Position numbers and translations under genes: made by a program. 64,000 bases of DNA from Octopus sinensis. Lineage: Eukaryota. Location of the stretch: NCBI RefSeq assembly GCF_006345805.1, contig NC_043000.1, forward strand, positions 83,452,001-83,516,000. The letters run 5' to 3'. The notes beneath the pieces were generated by a model. The model did not search any database and was not told the DNA's origin. It was given only the letters and a program-made list of their open reading frames with translations. This document shows, piece by piece, positions 52,901-63,775 of the stretch (position 1 is the first letter of the stretch; each line of letters starts with the position of its first letter).

Positions 52901-54243
52901 GAATTTCTTTTCTAAATCTATTACAGAGGCCAAGATCATCACCATGCAGTAGTTCCCATGAGCTTCCAGTCTTAAATTCTTCTGCTATGACCTGGAGGAC
53001 GATGGTGAAACATCTAATTTCTCTAATGTTTCTTATATGAATTATGATTTTTGTTTCATGCTCATAAACTCAAATATAGAAAGACAGTGTCACTTCAATC
53101 ATAGAAGTTTTAAAATGGTTTCTGTTTCTGAGACAGTAATTTTGTGTGCTAAAAATGGTGCCTATTATTACAGCATTCCTTAAGGCAGTGAGCAGGTAGA
53201 ATTGTTAGTATATTGAACAAAATGCTTAGCAGCAGTTTGTCTGTCGCTACATTCTGAATTCAAATGCCTTGTCTTTCATCCTTTTGGGAATGACAAAATA
53301 AGTACCAGTGGAAGACTGAGGTGAATGTAATTGACTAACAACATGCCCTAGAATTGCTGGCCTTGTGTCAAAATTTGAAACCATTATTACAGCACTCCTT
53401 AAGGTGGCAGAATTGTTATCATACTGGACAAAATACTCAACAGCATTTCTTCCATCTCTACATTCTGAATTCAAGTGCATCTGAAGTTGACTTTGCCGGT
53501 CATCATTTCACAGTCAATGAAATAAGAAACAGTGGAACACTGGGGTCGATGTAATTGAGTAACCCTCTTCCCTAAAATGTCAGGTCTTATATCTATAGTA
53601 GAAAGGATTTTTATTACCACACTCTAGATGATTGAAATATGAGGAGTAAATCAATCAACATAACAAATGTCTGAGACTCAATATTTAATCAAATGAAAAG
53701 GTTTTGCTCTCGTTAATATCAATTGTCATGAGCTGTTTCTTTATATTACCATTGTGCTGCATTTCTAAGCAAAGTAACTAAAGCTAAATCCTTTGTAATT
53801 ATGTGTCCAGAACATCTGATGACAAGCATAAAATAAAAAAATCAACAAGTTGTATTAACATCAGTCTATTAATCACATAGATTATTCACATCCTGAATCA
53901 TTATCACATTTAATAGTCATGTAATCTTTCCGCATTTTCAGTATCTAATGCTTTTTCCAAATTAATGTCTTCTTCTGCTATTAAAAAGCCACTATTTTCT
54001 AATGGTATTTTGTTTTACATTTAATTTTGAAAATATGAAAGAACGTGAAAATATTTTTTCATTGGCTGCTTCTAAATTCACTCTGATAATGTTTGTTGCA
54101 TGAAATTTTAACTTTTGCTTTGAATTTATGGAGGAAATACTATTGAAATTTGTGAAAAGATACAGCAGAAAACTAGGTATACAGCTATTTTGGAATCAAG
54201 GGTTGAGATTTTATATATATACATGACTTAATATCTATATATA

Positions 54244-54284
<41 letters not shown>

Positions 54285-57200
54285 CTTAATACACACACAC
54301 ACACTCAAATCATGCAATAAATATGCTTTATAATATATATCATGCAGAATTTATATATTTTATGTAACAATAACTATTGTGCACTATGCACTTCATATAA
54401 CAATGTATATTGTGCAATACAATAAGATAATAAATATTGTGCAATATATATCATACAATACACACATAAATACGTAAGTACACACACACCTTGCTTATCA
54501 GTCCTTTAATATGTTATCATTTACACTGCATTTACAAACTGAAGCAAATGTCTGGTTATGAACTGAAACAAAGAGGAAATATTCCAATTCTGCCAAGCAG
54601 AATGGATTTGTCAGGTTTTCCCAAGCACAAAAGAATCATCTTGCAGTTGAGATTCCAAAGCAAAGAGATGTCAGATTGAAGTAACTCTCTCCAGCACAGA
54701 GTAATTGGTTTTCAACTGAGACCCAGAGTAAAGAGACACAAGGCTGAGACAACTCCCTTAAAACATGTCAAAGCCATCTTGCAGTTGATCTCCAAAAGGA
54801 GAGGCAAAAATGATTTGGAAAAGCTCATACATTTAGAAGCACAACTTGCAATTGAGACAGAGCCAAGCAGAATGTCAAGGTTTGCACAACTGGTTCAAAC
54901 ACAGCATGAGATAAATTTCCACAGAGAGTAAAACAAAGAAGCAGAACAGTCACTAAGAGGAAATGAAAGAACAGGATTATTGAAGGCCTGGCAAGATATA
55001 TAACTGATAGTCCCTTCTACAAGTAATTCACTGATAGGATGAAGAGTAATTTCGCCTCTGTTTTTTTTTTTCCATACAAATTTTATCAACTGCTTGTTGA
55101 ATTAAACTATCTTAACTTCTTTAGATGAAATGTAAAGCTTGCTCCACTACCTCCTTTTCCATTGAAAATAGTTAAAAAGGAGTTTGGCTCAATGGTTAGG
55201 GTATTTGGCTAACAATCATAAGGTTGTGAGTTCAATTCCCAGTGACACATTGTGTCCCTGAGCAAGACATTTTATTTTATATTGCTCCAGTCCACTCAGC
55301 TGGCAAAAATGAGTAGTATCTGTATTTCAAAAGGCCAGCCTTGTCACACTTTGTGTCATGCTGAATCTCCCTGAGAGCTACATTAAGGGTACATGTGTTT
55401 GCAGAGTGCTCACCCACTTGCATGTTAATTTCATGAGCAGACTGTTCTGTTGATCGGATCAACTGGAAATTAAGACTATTCATCATTTTTTCAATCTACA
55501 GACAAATACCTAAATTTGACAAACACTGCCAAATCTGACTGGGCCTGATGAAGCCTTCCGGCTTCACAGACCCCAGTTAAACCGTCCAACCCATGCTAGC
55601 ATGGAAAACGGACGCTAAATGATGATGATGATGTACATCTACTACATATTTTATATCCTACTTTGATACTATGTGGACTAGGTTCTCCATTGACAGACCA
55701 CTGATATCAAATAAAGTGTTAACCCTTTAGCATTTAAACCAGCCACATCCAGTCAAAATATTTAACCTGTTTTATGTTCAAACTGGCCAGATCTGGCATC
55801 TCACATCTACCCTACAATGTCTTTCTAAAAATACACAATTACATCATCAAAATTTCAAAGCTACAGGATAATACATGAGCAATTCAAAACAATGAATAAA
55901 TAAATATTTCACAAAGTAATCTGAATGCTAAAGGGGTAAACACTGTAGTGACTTCATTTAGGTATAGATCAGATTCGAACCTGAATCTGCCAATTTCCTT
56001 TAACATTTCAACAGTACTTTTCTCACAGAAAAACAATAGTGACAGCAGTTACATTTAACATATGACTTTGCCAAGCCAATTTATGTCTTTTCCGTTTAAC
56101 TCTTTTGACCTCTTCCATATCACCAAAAGTTGGAATTAAATAAGGTCAACCTACATCAGGCTGTCTCTGCAATATACCTATTTTTCTAACTAGTTTTGTA
56201 TAGTTATAAAAACAAGAACTCCATAAACCAAAGTCAGTTAGTGAGAACTGATAAACAGGGGAGTTGGCTGACCAGCTGAACGAAATGCCATCTCTTAATG
56301 AAAAGGCACAGAGGGACAACTATGGTAACTCACCAACATAGCACTTGTTTTGTCTCACCATTCTCACTAGCTCACTTTCTCTTCTCTACAAGATAACTCT
56401 ATCTATCTTTTTCCCTGCTGTTAGAATGAGGAGAACATGAACACAAACTATACAAGAAAAATCTACCATATCTCTCTTTACCTCGCATGCTTTATTTCAT
56501 ATTGCTCCAGTCCATATATTACGAATTATATAATACATACCAGCCCATTCTGGTTTGGCTATAACAATATGTAACAGTAAATAAATGTTTGTTTACAACT
56601 TCGGTAACTGTTCTTCTTTCATCTTACACATCTGCAACATCAACACCCTTTACAATTGGTAACTGCTGACCCCCAACATATATCAGTACATTTATCGTTA
56701 CAACACTAACGGTATGTGAATTAGTAAACTCTGTTCTCTGAAGCTACGAGATTTGATATGTATATAAACAGAATGGATACTTATTTTTCTTCTAGAATTG
56801 GTCTCTGAGGAGACTCGAAAACTGATTAAGACTTCATTACTTTTCAGGTAAATCTATTATATAAAAGTCAATGTCTGTGTGTTACTTATAGACTTGAAAA
56901 CTACTGAACTGATCCTAATGAAATTTGAAACACATAATCCAAGCCTAGGGAGAAGCATAATGCTGTATGTTTCATACAATTTTAAGGGGGAATAAAAGTG
57001 GGAAGAAGCCCCCGTGAAAATTCATATACTTCAGATTTTGATGAAATTTGAACTATAGGTATTAGAAATAAATTTTAAAATTCACCCAAAATTTCCATTT
57101 CTTTGGATGATTCTAAGACCCCCCTAATAGGGGCTTAACCCCTAGTCATTTTTCATGGACCAAAATTACTGAATGGATCCTTATGATATTTGGAACTTAG

Positions 57201-59789
57201 ATTCAATGCATAAGGGCAGGCATAATGCAATATGTTTGGTTTAAATTTGAGAGGGCTTAAAGGGGGCAGAACCCCACCATGAAAATTCATAAATTTCCAA
57301 TGTTGATGAAATTTCAACCATAGGTAATTGACACAAATCAAGAAGTATTCCCAAAGTTTCTGTTGGGGTCTGAACTCCCAAATTTTAGTAATTTTTTATG
57401 ATCCAAAACAAGGTCAGAAGTACTGAATGGATTTTTATGAAATTTGGAAATTATATTCTATGCTTAAGGGCAGATGTAATGCAGTATATCTTTGAAAGTG
57501 AGGGAGATAAATGAGGTCATAACCCCCATGAAAATTCATATATTTTTTTCTGTTGATGAAATTTTAACCATAGATATTAGACACAAATGAAGTAATATTC
57601 CTAAAATTTCAACTTCTTAGGAGGTTAGTAAGACCCTTTAATGGGGGCTTAATCTCCACAATTTAGTCATTTTTCTTAAGCCAAGACAAATACAGTTGTA
57701 GTCTTGGAAGCTGTAGAGTCACACAAGGTTACAAGCTGAGCGTTATCTGTAATTCAATGGTACAACAGAGTAAAAGTTTGCTTTGAGATATACTACGATT
57801 GTGATTTCTGCAATGTGATGCATAAATTGTCAAGTAAAGGAGAGGCATCTTTACCTCCACTGATTCAGTTGCCAAGTGTTATTTTGAGTAAAGTTATTTG
57901 GTTGCAGACCTCCTTTGAGTCTTTTTATTATCACTGGGTCAGAGATAGTCCCCAGATGGTAATACTGATTTCAAGGCCTTTCCAGATAAGTGATTTGTCA
58001 TTCAAAGAGATTTATAGATTACAAATTTATTTTGTTTAGTTATCTATCAGCATAGTGATCATTGGCAAACTCCAGAGGTGACACTTTCATTTCCCCTTAG
58101 CCCTCATATCACACAGTTTCTAATGTTTATTTGAGTTGGGTCACACCCTTCCAATTGCATCTTATGGCTGTACTGGTCACCTGTGTGGTGAGGAATCCTA
58201 CATTGGGAGTGGTAACGACTAGGGTAGGGTAGCTGACTGCTAATTGTGATCATTCACCTTTTGGTTTCCTCTAGCCTTTGCTCTATTTTACAAATCCAGT
58301 GAACATTCATTATTTCCGATTTCAAAGAACTTCGAACAACAGATATAAAACACAAGTTAAAAAAGATTCCCAACAATTCAACTTCTCTGGCTAACTTTGA
58401 GACCCACTAATAGGAGCCTAACTCCCACATTTTAGAGCTCCATTTTTCAGGAGCAAAAACCTTTGAATGGGTTTTATAAGATATGGATTTTGGAATCTTA
58501 TGATTGAGTAGTAGTATGATGAGTAGTATGTCATGATTAGACATTTTATTAGGGTGTGTAAAGAGGGAAAGAACCCCCCATTAAAATTTTTAATCTCCAA
58601 TTTTGATGAAATTCGAATCATAGGTATTCCAGTTCATTAGAGAAAGTAGAAAAGAAAAGTCTTGTTCTTTAATTCCATGTGCTAGTTTAACATATTTGTA
58701 TGTCTCCTTTGTTAGTGTATATATGTGTGTGTGTGTATAGACAAGGGGGTGCTGAAGAGTTCCTGGTTTTGAGTAATACAAGAGGATCAGTTAATTATGA
58801 TTTTATTCAATATATTTCCCTTTTAGATTCACACACTTATTGCAGTGGTCCTTCAGCCTTTCTAAGCCCTGTAAAAGAACTCGGACGGTTGGGCCTCCAA
58901 GCAGGCTTTTTGCGACACCCTTAAAGCAAGGAAATTTTCAACACTACCTCGTATGTGTGTGTAGTTGTGTGTGTGTGTGTCAGGTAAACACTTGTGTTTA
59001 CAATCTAGATAAAAATAAAATCTAAAGCTCAATGTGAGAAGTAGAGTTTATAGTTGATATTTTGGAACCGCGATCTCGTATTCAATCTGGGGCAAACGAC
59101 GATATTTTCTATAGCCTCGGTTCGGTCCATACCTTGTGGGTGAGACTGGGGAAACGGAAACTATAGAGAAGCTTGTCGGGTGGATCGTACCTGTAAGTCA
59201 AACGGTACAGATTTGTTACACCCTGTATAACACTGATTCTGTCAGAGTATTAATTTAAGAATACACATGTGTTTTTGACATTTATTCAAGAGTAAATAAT
59301 TTAGTTGTTCAAAGAACTGAATCTTCTCCGCGGAACGACGGAGATCCAACATCATTACCATATGTCAGAAATTAAACCAGTGTTCTAATTACTGAGTATG
59401 GATGAAATAAAAAGAAAAACTGATTTGCTGTTAAAATTTACGCTCCTTTTTTTCATCTTTTACGGAATGTATATTCGTTTAGCGACTACGCTCTCAATAA
59501 TTATAGTTAAAATACAAATACACCAATTAATTATTTTTAAAATACGACTTTGAAAAGAAAAGCAAAGAAAAGTTTGGGGATGAAGTCGTTGGTGGTAGAG
59601 TTTACATTACTTTAGCACATGGTTTATTTTTGACGTTTTATAACATTTTAAAAGTTTATAAAACTTCACGAGATGGGATTGACACTTATTACCAAGTTCG
59701 TTTAGTTTTATTTATATAATTCGTGAACATAATAATCCCTCTCGTCATTTATTTAAATTATCGTTAAAAATCATAAAAATATTTACCAT
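33978..59789 (-). CDS. GAS8: Growth arrest-specific 8 / dynein regulatory complex subunit 4, 10 coding exons, 484 aa
   Basis: complement join(59787-59789,49266-49370,47154-47351,44134-44340,42315-42575,40600-40767,39097-39183,36712-36921,35254-35319,33978-34127), all GT-AG and open throughout. [10 protein letters not shown]...[10 protein letters not shown]...[16 protein letters not shown]...[23 protein letters not shown]...ELARVCKAHNDLL...ELGFKPLE are diagnostic GAS8/DRC4 motifs. Confidence 0.97.
35254..35319 (-). CDS. GAS8: GAS8 exon 9
   Basis: GCAG|[22 protein letters not shown]|GTAAGG. Confidence 0.96.
35370..35851. mobile_element. TIR DNA element (MITE-like)
   Basis: Termini CACTGTGTAACA / TGTTACACTGTG plus subterminal inverted TTATTTCCTATTTGCT / AGCAAATAGGAAATAA. 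Confidence 0.7.
36712..36921 (-). CDS. GAS8: GAS8 exon 8
   Basis: GTAG|[12 protein letters not shown]...MITHKLE|GTAAGT. Confidence 0.96.
37040..37606 (+). mobile_element. CR1 LINE 3' end with (TTA)n tail
   Basis: [32 protein letters not shown], the CR1 ORF2 terminal motif; (ATT)n tail. Confidence 0.85.
38454..38865 (+). mobile_element. SINE family A, full length
   Basis: tRNA-like head (TGGCTGTGTGG...GGTTCAGTCCC), central (TA)/(TG) tract, tail CAGCATGGCC...ACTGAAACAAGTAAAAGAG. Further copies at e.g. 37703-38153(-), 45234-45673(-) and 21594-22170(+). Confidence 0.92.
39097..39183 (-). CDS. GAS8: GAS8 exon 7
   Basis: TCAG|MTKARLK...[14 protein letters not shown]|GTTAGA. Confidence 0.96.
39312..40515. 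repeat. Tandem ~600-bp duplication in GAS8 intron 6
   Basis: 39312-39903 and 39914-40515 align end to end (ACCTGG..CCTTGCTGTACT ... TAACTTAAATAGTGTAACA). Confidence 0.9.
40600..40767 (-). CDS. GAS8: GAS8 exon 6
   Basis: TCAG|[11 protein letters not shown]...YEKDKQCLK|GTAACA. Confidence 0.96.
41750..42154. repeat. 58-bp minisatellite, 7 copies
   Basis: Unit AAGGGATATAGGTACATAGAATAAGGTACATTAGAATAAGTGTCTCACCCAGAATTAC starting at 41750, 41808, 41866, 41923, 41981, 42039 and 42097. Confidence 0.95.
42315..42575 (-). CDS. GAS8: GAS8 exon 5
   Basis: TCAG|[16 protein letters not shown]...[10 protein letters not shown]|GTAACA. Confidence 0.97.
44134..44340 (-). CDS. GAS8: GAS8 exon 4
   Basis: ACAG|[16 protein letters not shown]...VKTLQK|GTAAGC. 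Confidence 0.97.
47154..47351 (-). CDS. GAS8: GAS8 exon 3
   Basis: GCAG|[16 protein letters not shown]...RHQIEIK|GTGAAG. Confidence 0.97.
48480..48990 (-). mobile_element. Decayed RTE-like LINE 3' fragment
   Basis: LTYGHECW motif on the minus strand near 48915-48940. Confidence 0.5.
49266..49370 (-). CDS. GAS8: GAS8 exon 2
   Basis: TTTAG|[35 protein letters not shown]|GTAAG. Confidence 0.95.
51997..52226 (-). mobile_element. SINE family B with 16-bp TSD
   Basis: ATACGTTAATATACCT at 51981-51996 and 52227-52242. Another copy at 49030-49215 has TSD CACCAATACATTAATA. Confidence 0.9.
52540..53010 (-). mobile_element. RTE-like LINE fragments
   Basis: Minus strand gives RFGHVMWMD...[10 protein letters not shown] and [15 protein letters not shown], cf. 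RTE FxTGCPWELLYADDL. Confidence 0.65.
56801..56832 (+). ncRNA. Minimal type-I hammerhead ribozyme motif, intact core
   Basis: GTCT-CTGAGGA-G(ACT)C-GAAA-A(CTGA)T-TA-AGAC. All conserved core nucleotides are present, stem I is GTCT/AGAC, and cleavage is predicted after A56828. Confidence 0.6.
56853..57740 (+). mobile_element. Non-autonomous Helitron with three ~260-bp internal repeats
   Basis: A|TCTATTATATAAAAG start. TACTGAA..GAT...ATGAWATTTG recurs at ~56902, 57167 and 57421. The 3' end is degenerate. Confidence 0.65.
58742..58951. mobile_element. mariner-type MITE
   Basis: CAAGGGGGTGCTGAAGAGTTCCTGGTTTT / AAAGCAAGGAAATTTTCAACACTACCTCG degenerate TIRs, TA at the right end. Confidence 0.7.
59787..59789 (-). 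CDS. GAS8: GAS8 exon 1 coding part (ATG only)
   Basis: CACAAA-ATG|GTAAAT. Exon 2 lacks a start codon and begins in phase 0. X-box-like motifs lie just upstream. Confidence 0.8.
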
Positions 59790-59835
59790 TTTGTGTTGTA
59801 ATTGTTTTTTCGAGAGAAGGTAAGACTAGAGAAAT

Positions 59836-59900
59836 CCAATGGCTCCTTCTATAGTAACGGTCACAGTTTACATTAAATGTTGTTAGCAACAAGCCGGAAC
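59836..59900 (-). promoter_or_regulatory. GAS8 promoter: RFX X-box-like sites, CCAAT and ETS-like core
   Basis: GTTACTATAGAAGG (59845-59858, minus), GTTGCTAACAAC (59879-59890, minus), CCAAT at 59836-59840, CCGGAA at 59894-59899. Confidence 0.7.
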
Positions 59901-60224
59901 TGAAACTGTCTACGGTAGAACAAAAACTGGTTTATTCAGACAATAATAAAGTTACTTGGGAGTTGCGACAGTTACTCTGAGTAGCATTATTCGGCGGGGG
60001 CACTTGTTATTTTCGTTTCTTTCATTGTATTTTGACAAGTCATTATTTTTGTTATTTCCTTCATCAAATTTCGTTATTTTTGCCGTTTCATCAATTGGTT
60101 AGGATAGTGATGAGGTAACAGCAGAAAAACTTAAACCTACATCGAAAAGGGTTTAATGGTAACTTTTATATTTCTACTAATCAGACGGGAATAGTTTTTG
60201 TTGGAATCCAAAATATAGTGTTAT

Positions 60225-60392
60225 CAAGGCCGTCTTAGAGGCATTATAAGCCCCCAGGCAAGTCAGTGCAGTGGACTCTATAGTAGTTATTTATTGACAA
60301 TCCACAACATAAATGGATAAGAAAATGGGCCCTTAGACGAGTGAGCCCCCTGGTAAACTTGTCCCGTGCGCCCATGCCTTAGGACGGCATTG
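60225..60392. mobile_element. hAT-type MITE
   Basis: TIRs CAAGGCCGTCTTA..GGCAT / ATGCCTTAGGACGGCATTG; 8-bp flanks AGTGTTAT/AGTGTGAC (6/8). Confidence 0.7.
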
Positions 60393-60976
60393 AGTGTGAC
60401 ATCTTTTAAGTAAAGTTACCGGTCAGATAAAAATAAAAACAATGAAACGGTTCGTTAAGTACAACAGTCATTTGACACTTTAATTTGTTGTGTTCCTGAA
60501 ATAATTGTGCTCTATGAATTGTTAACTCTGAGAATCTCCGATCATCATCATATAAAATTGAAGATCTTATCTTTTTGAAATACCTCTTCTAATTTTATTG
60601 AAAATTTCCAAGCATATGCAGTAGTTCTTGCTAAATAAGAAAACCACAAGAATATTTTTTCCCTTTCCTTTAAGAGATTAAGAGATCTTTGATTTTAGGC
60701 ACATATAACTGCGGGGTTGACAACGAAACCAAAACAATCCGGTAAAATATAAAAATAGATTTTGGAATTGTAAGAAAGCGAAACGAATATGTAGATGTAT
60801 TAAAAGTTAGTATTAAAGATTTTTTTCTTTTTAATTGCTTGACCAGCCCAATTTTTTTCAAGTTATTACATACATATCATTAATAAAAAAAAAAGATTGC
60901 TTATAAAAATATATACATAACTGAAGGTTATATATATACATATTGAAAACTCATTTCCATATGTCTGTGTGACTAT

Positions 60977-61015
<39 letters not shown>

Positions 61016-61290
61016 TTTGTTTATTTATTTGAATTTTAAGTTCCTCTTAAGAGAGTTTAAGCCGGTCGCTAACAAAGCAACTATCTTTTTGAGTTAAGAG
61101 AGCTCCCTGTGTTTGTGTATATGATTGAGCTGGTGTGTTGGTTGAGCTGCACATGCCCAAATTTTTGCATCTATTTATCTAAAGAATCTCAGATGGAGAA
61201 TCATTGGAATGTCTTACATATCTTCACTGTATTGCTAATAGACTGAATTTGGAGAATCTGTGTCAGTATCTTTTGCCTTTTCTTTGAAAA

Positions 61291-63240
61291 GACTTCTTCC
61301 CCGACCTGTACAAAGGCATAATCTTTCTCTTCTATGGGATGTGGCGATGTGGTACATGGATATTGCCACTCATACTTGAATATTGCCCTGTGTGGTACTG
61401 ACTCCTCAGCCTGTCCCGTCCTGGGTGACATATTATACCAAAAAACGGTCTTGACTGGTGAGATGTGGCCCCTCACTGCTATGGTCTTGATAGTACAATG
61501 ATGCTTCTCCACAACCCCATTGCCACTTGGCCAGTATGCCACCTTAAAGAAACGGCTGACATGTCACTTGTTAGGCATTTCCCCCAGCACCTCTGAGCAA
61601 AACGCAGTGTCATTGTCTATATGCAACACATCCACGGGGCCTCATTCTAGGAATATCTCATTCAGTATTCTTGTGATTTCCTCCGTGATCCCTGTCTTCA
61701 TCTCCCTCCATATGGCCAACCACCCCAGTCTGCAATTGACCATCGAGAGGTATGTCTCCTGCTGGTAGTATGTCATGTCCACTGCCAGTCATTTCCAGTT
61801 GTGTTCCACTGGAATACTTCCTGCCTCATGCACACCTGGAGTGGAGCACACTCTGCCTGGTCATGTCAGAGTCAACTTTCCTGGCTAGGAACAGGGTCCT
61901 GTCCACCCCCATGTGATGCATGGTATGAATTCTCCTCAGCTCCAAGTCATTCAGTCAACACACTGCATCCACTCCTTGCTCCAGATTCTCTGGCACCTGT
62001 AACCAGGCTTTCTTTACTCTGGTTAGGATGTCCGCTCTATTCCTCTCAGAGGGCACAAAAACCCCACTCAGCCTCAGGTCAAACTCGGTAGCTAGCTCGC
62101 CCAGAATTCCCAAACGGTCTTTTATCAGTAACTCTGCACCCCCTCTGGTTTGCACCCTCTGCTCGCTGGTAACCACTGATCCAACCAATCTAAGTACAGT
62201 GGATGAATTAGTCCAGATCTCGATAGTAAGCATTGCTCCCCACCTCAGGGCCAGATTCAGCCCCTTTAACATGGCATCCAGCTCCACCACGTTGATGTGG
62301 TTGCAGCTGTCCTTCCTAAGCTAGGCCGCATCCTCCACCACAACACCTCCAATTTCCAGGACAACTCCCATTCCTATACTACTGGCATCACACCACATGA
62401 TCCCATTCTTCAATTTGGGCACATACCAGTTCCCTCTTACTGGGTCTGCAGTCACTCTCTCCAGGACTTCTTGCATCATGGAGGTTGTCTTCTCAGCCAC
62501 GTTATCACTCCACCTCACTCCTTCACTTGAAGCTGCATGCCGTCCGGTGCCATCCTGCAATCGGGTAGTGTCCCAGCAACTTCCCTCATACAGAAAACAG
62601 TTCCCGCATACTCATCTTGGAGCTCACTTCTGGGATCTCATTCCCTCTCTGAAACACCAATGCACCAGCCTTGTTTCTTCATAGCTTGAGTCCCAGTGCA
62701 GTTCCTCCTTCCATCGCCTCCAGCAGTTTGGCAGCTATCCCAAAACTCTTCAGGTGGCTTATGACCTCCTTTGCCGACACTATGCTCTTGTCCACCAAGA
62801 TGTCATCAATATAGGAATTGGTGGCTCTTTTCACTTTGTCGGTTTTGAGAATCATCGCCATAATCTTCGGTGCTGAATTCAGCCCGAATCCCAACCTGGT
62901 CAGCCAGTATGTCCGTCCCTTACACCTTACCAGCTGATATCTCCACAGTCTCTCAGCCACATGCAGCTGCAGGTATGCCAACTTCAAATCGACAATTGTG
63001 GTGGCCCCTGTCATCTGCCTCCACTCTCTCAAGGTTTTGCTACAAATGTCTGTAGCTCGCTGCCCATATGGCACAATATGTGATCGTTCAGCTCTCAGAA
63101 ATCCAATACAGGCCTGACTTTATGCTTCATCGGCTGCACCACTGCCATCAGTGGTAGCACTCCACTCTCCACTTCCTCCTTTCAAGGAATCAAAATATCT
63201 TCCTTGATCCACTGGCCCACCTCTCCCTCGAACTCACTTT
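61291..63240 (-). mobile_element. Decayed Ty3/gypsy-like pol region (RT-RNase H-integrase), no LTRs
   Basis: KVRPVLDF, VDLKLAYLQL, LGFGLNSAPKIM, SYIDDILV, WCDASSIGMGVVLE, VPSERNRADILTR, SGNGVVEKHH. Stops and frameshifts. Confidence 0.9.
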
Positions 63241-63775
63241 TTTGGGGGTTTTCACATCAATGGCTCAGATCTCATCAAGCAGCCCAAATTTTGGTATGAG
63301 TACTGGTGCTGCAGAGAGTTCTGAGACCCAAGTTTTCTTTATTCAGATGTAATATTCTTTAGTGACACATGTTTTGTTACAGGTGCCATTGTAAGATATA
63401 TTTTCATTCACCCCTAGATACCTGTAACATTCCTCGTCAGATACAAGGGAAACAGTTAAATTATTAATGGAGATGTTACTAGCCTAGTTTATAGTTTTCC
63501 CCCTTTTCAAAACCATATAACAACATTTATCCTGACCAAACTCCAATCCGACATCCTTTGAAAATGTTGTAACTAGGTCAAGGCTCTTTTTCATCTCATG
63601 CATATTCTTTGCATAAAGTTGGATCCACAAAGAAACAGTGTGTAATTTTGATATTTCTGTTTCCTTGTGAACCAGTGAGATATTCTTCAAACTTCTTTAA
63701 CATGAATGACAAGGGGGTTTCCGAAAGTATATACAACATCACAGAGAGGTTGTCTCCTTGGATGCATGTATATGT
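63241..63775 (-). mobile_element. R4/Dong-like LINE RT fragment (matching 3' end at ~61190-61290)
   Basis: IQGDNLSVMLY, ITHCFFVD, FSKDVGLEFGQDKC, PVLIPKFGLLD. Terminal LQIQSISNTVKICKTFQ at 61201-61290. Confidence 0.85.
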
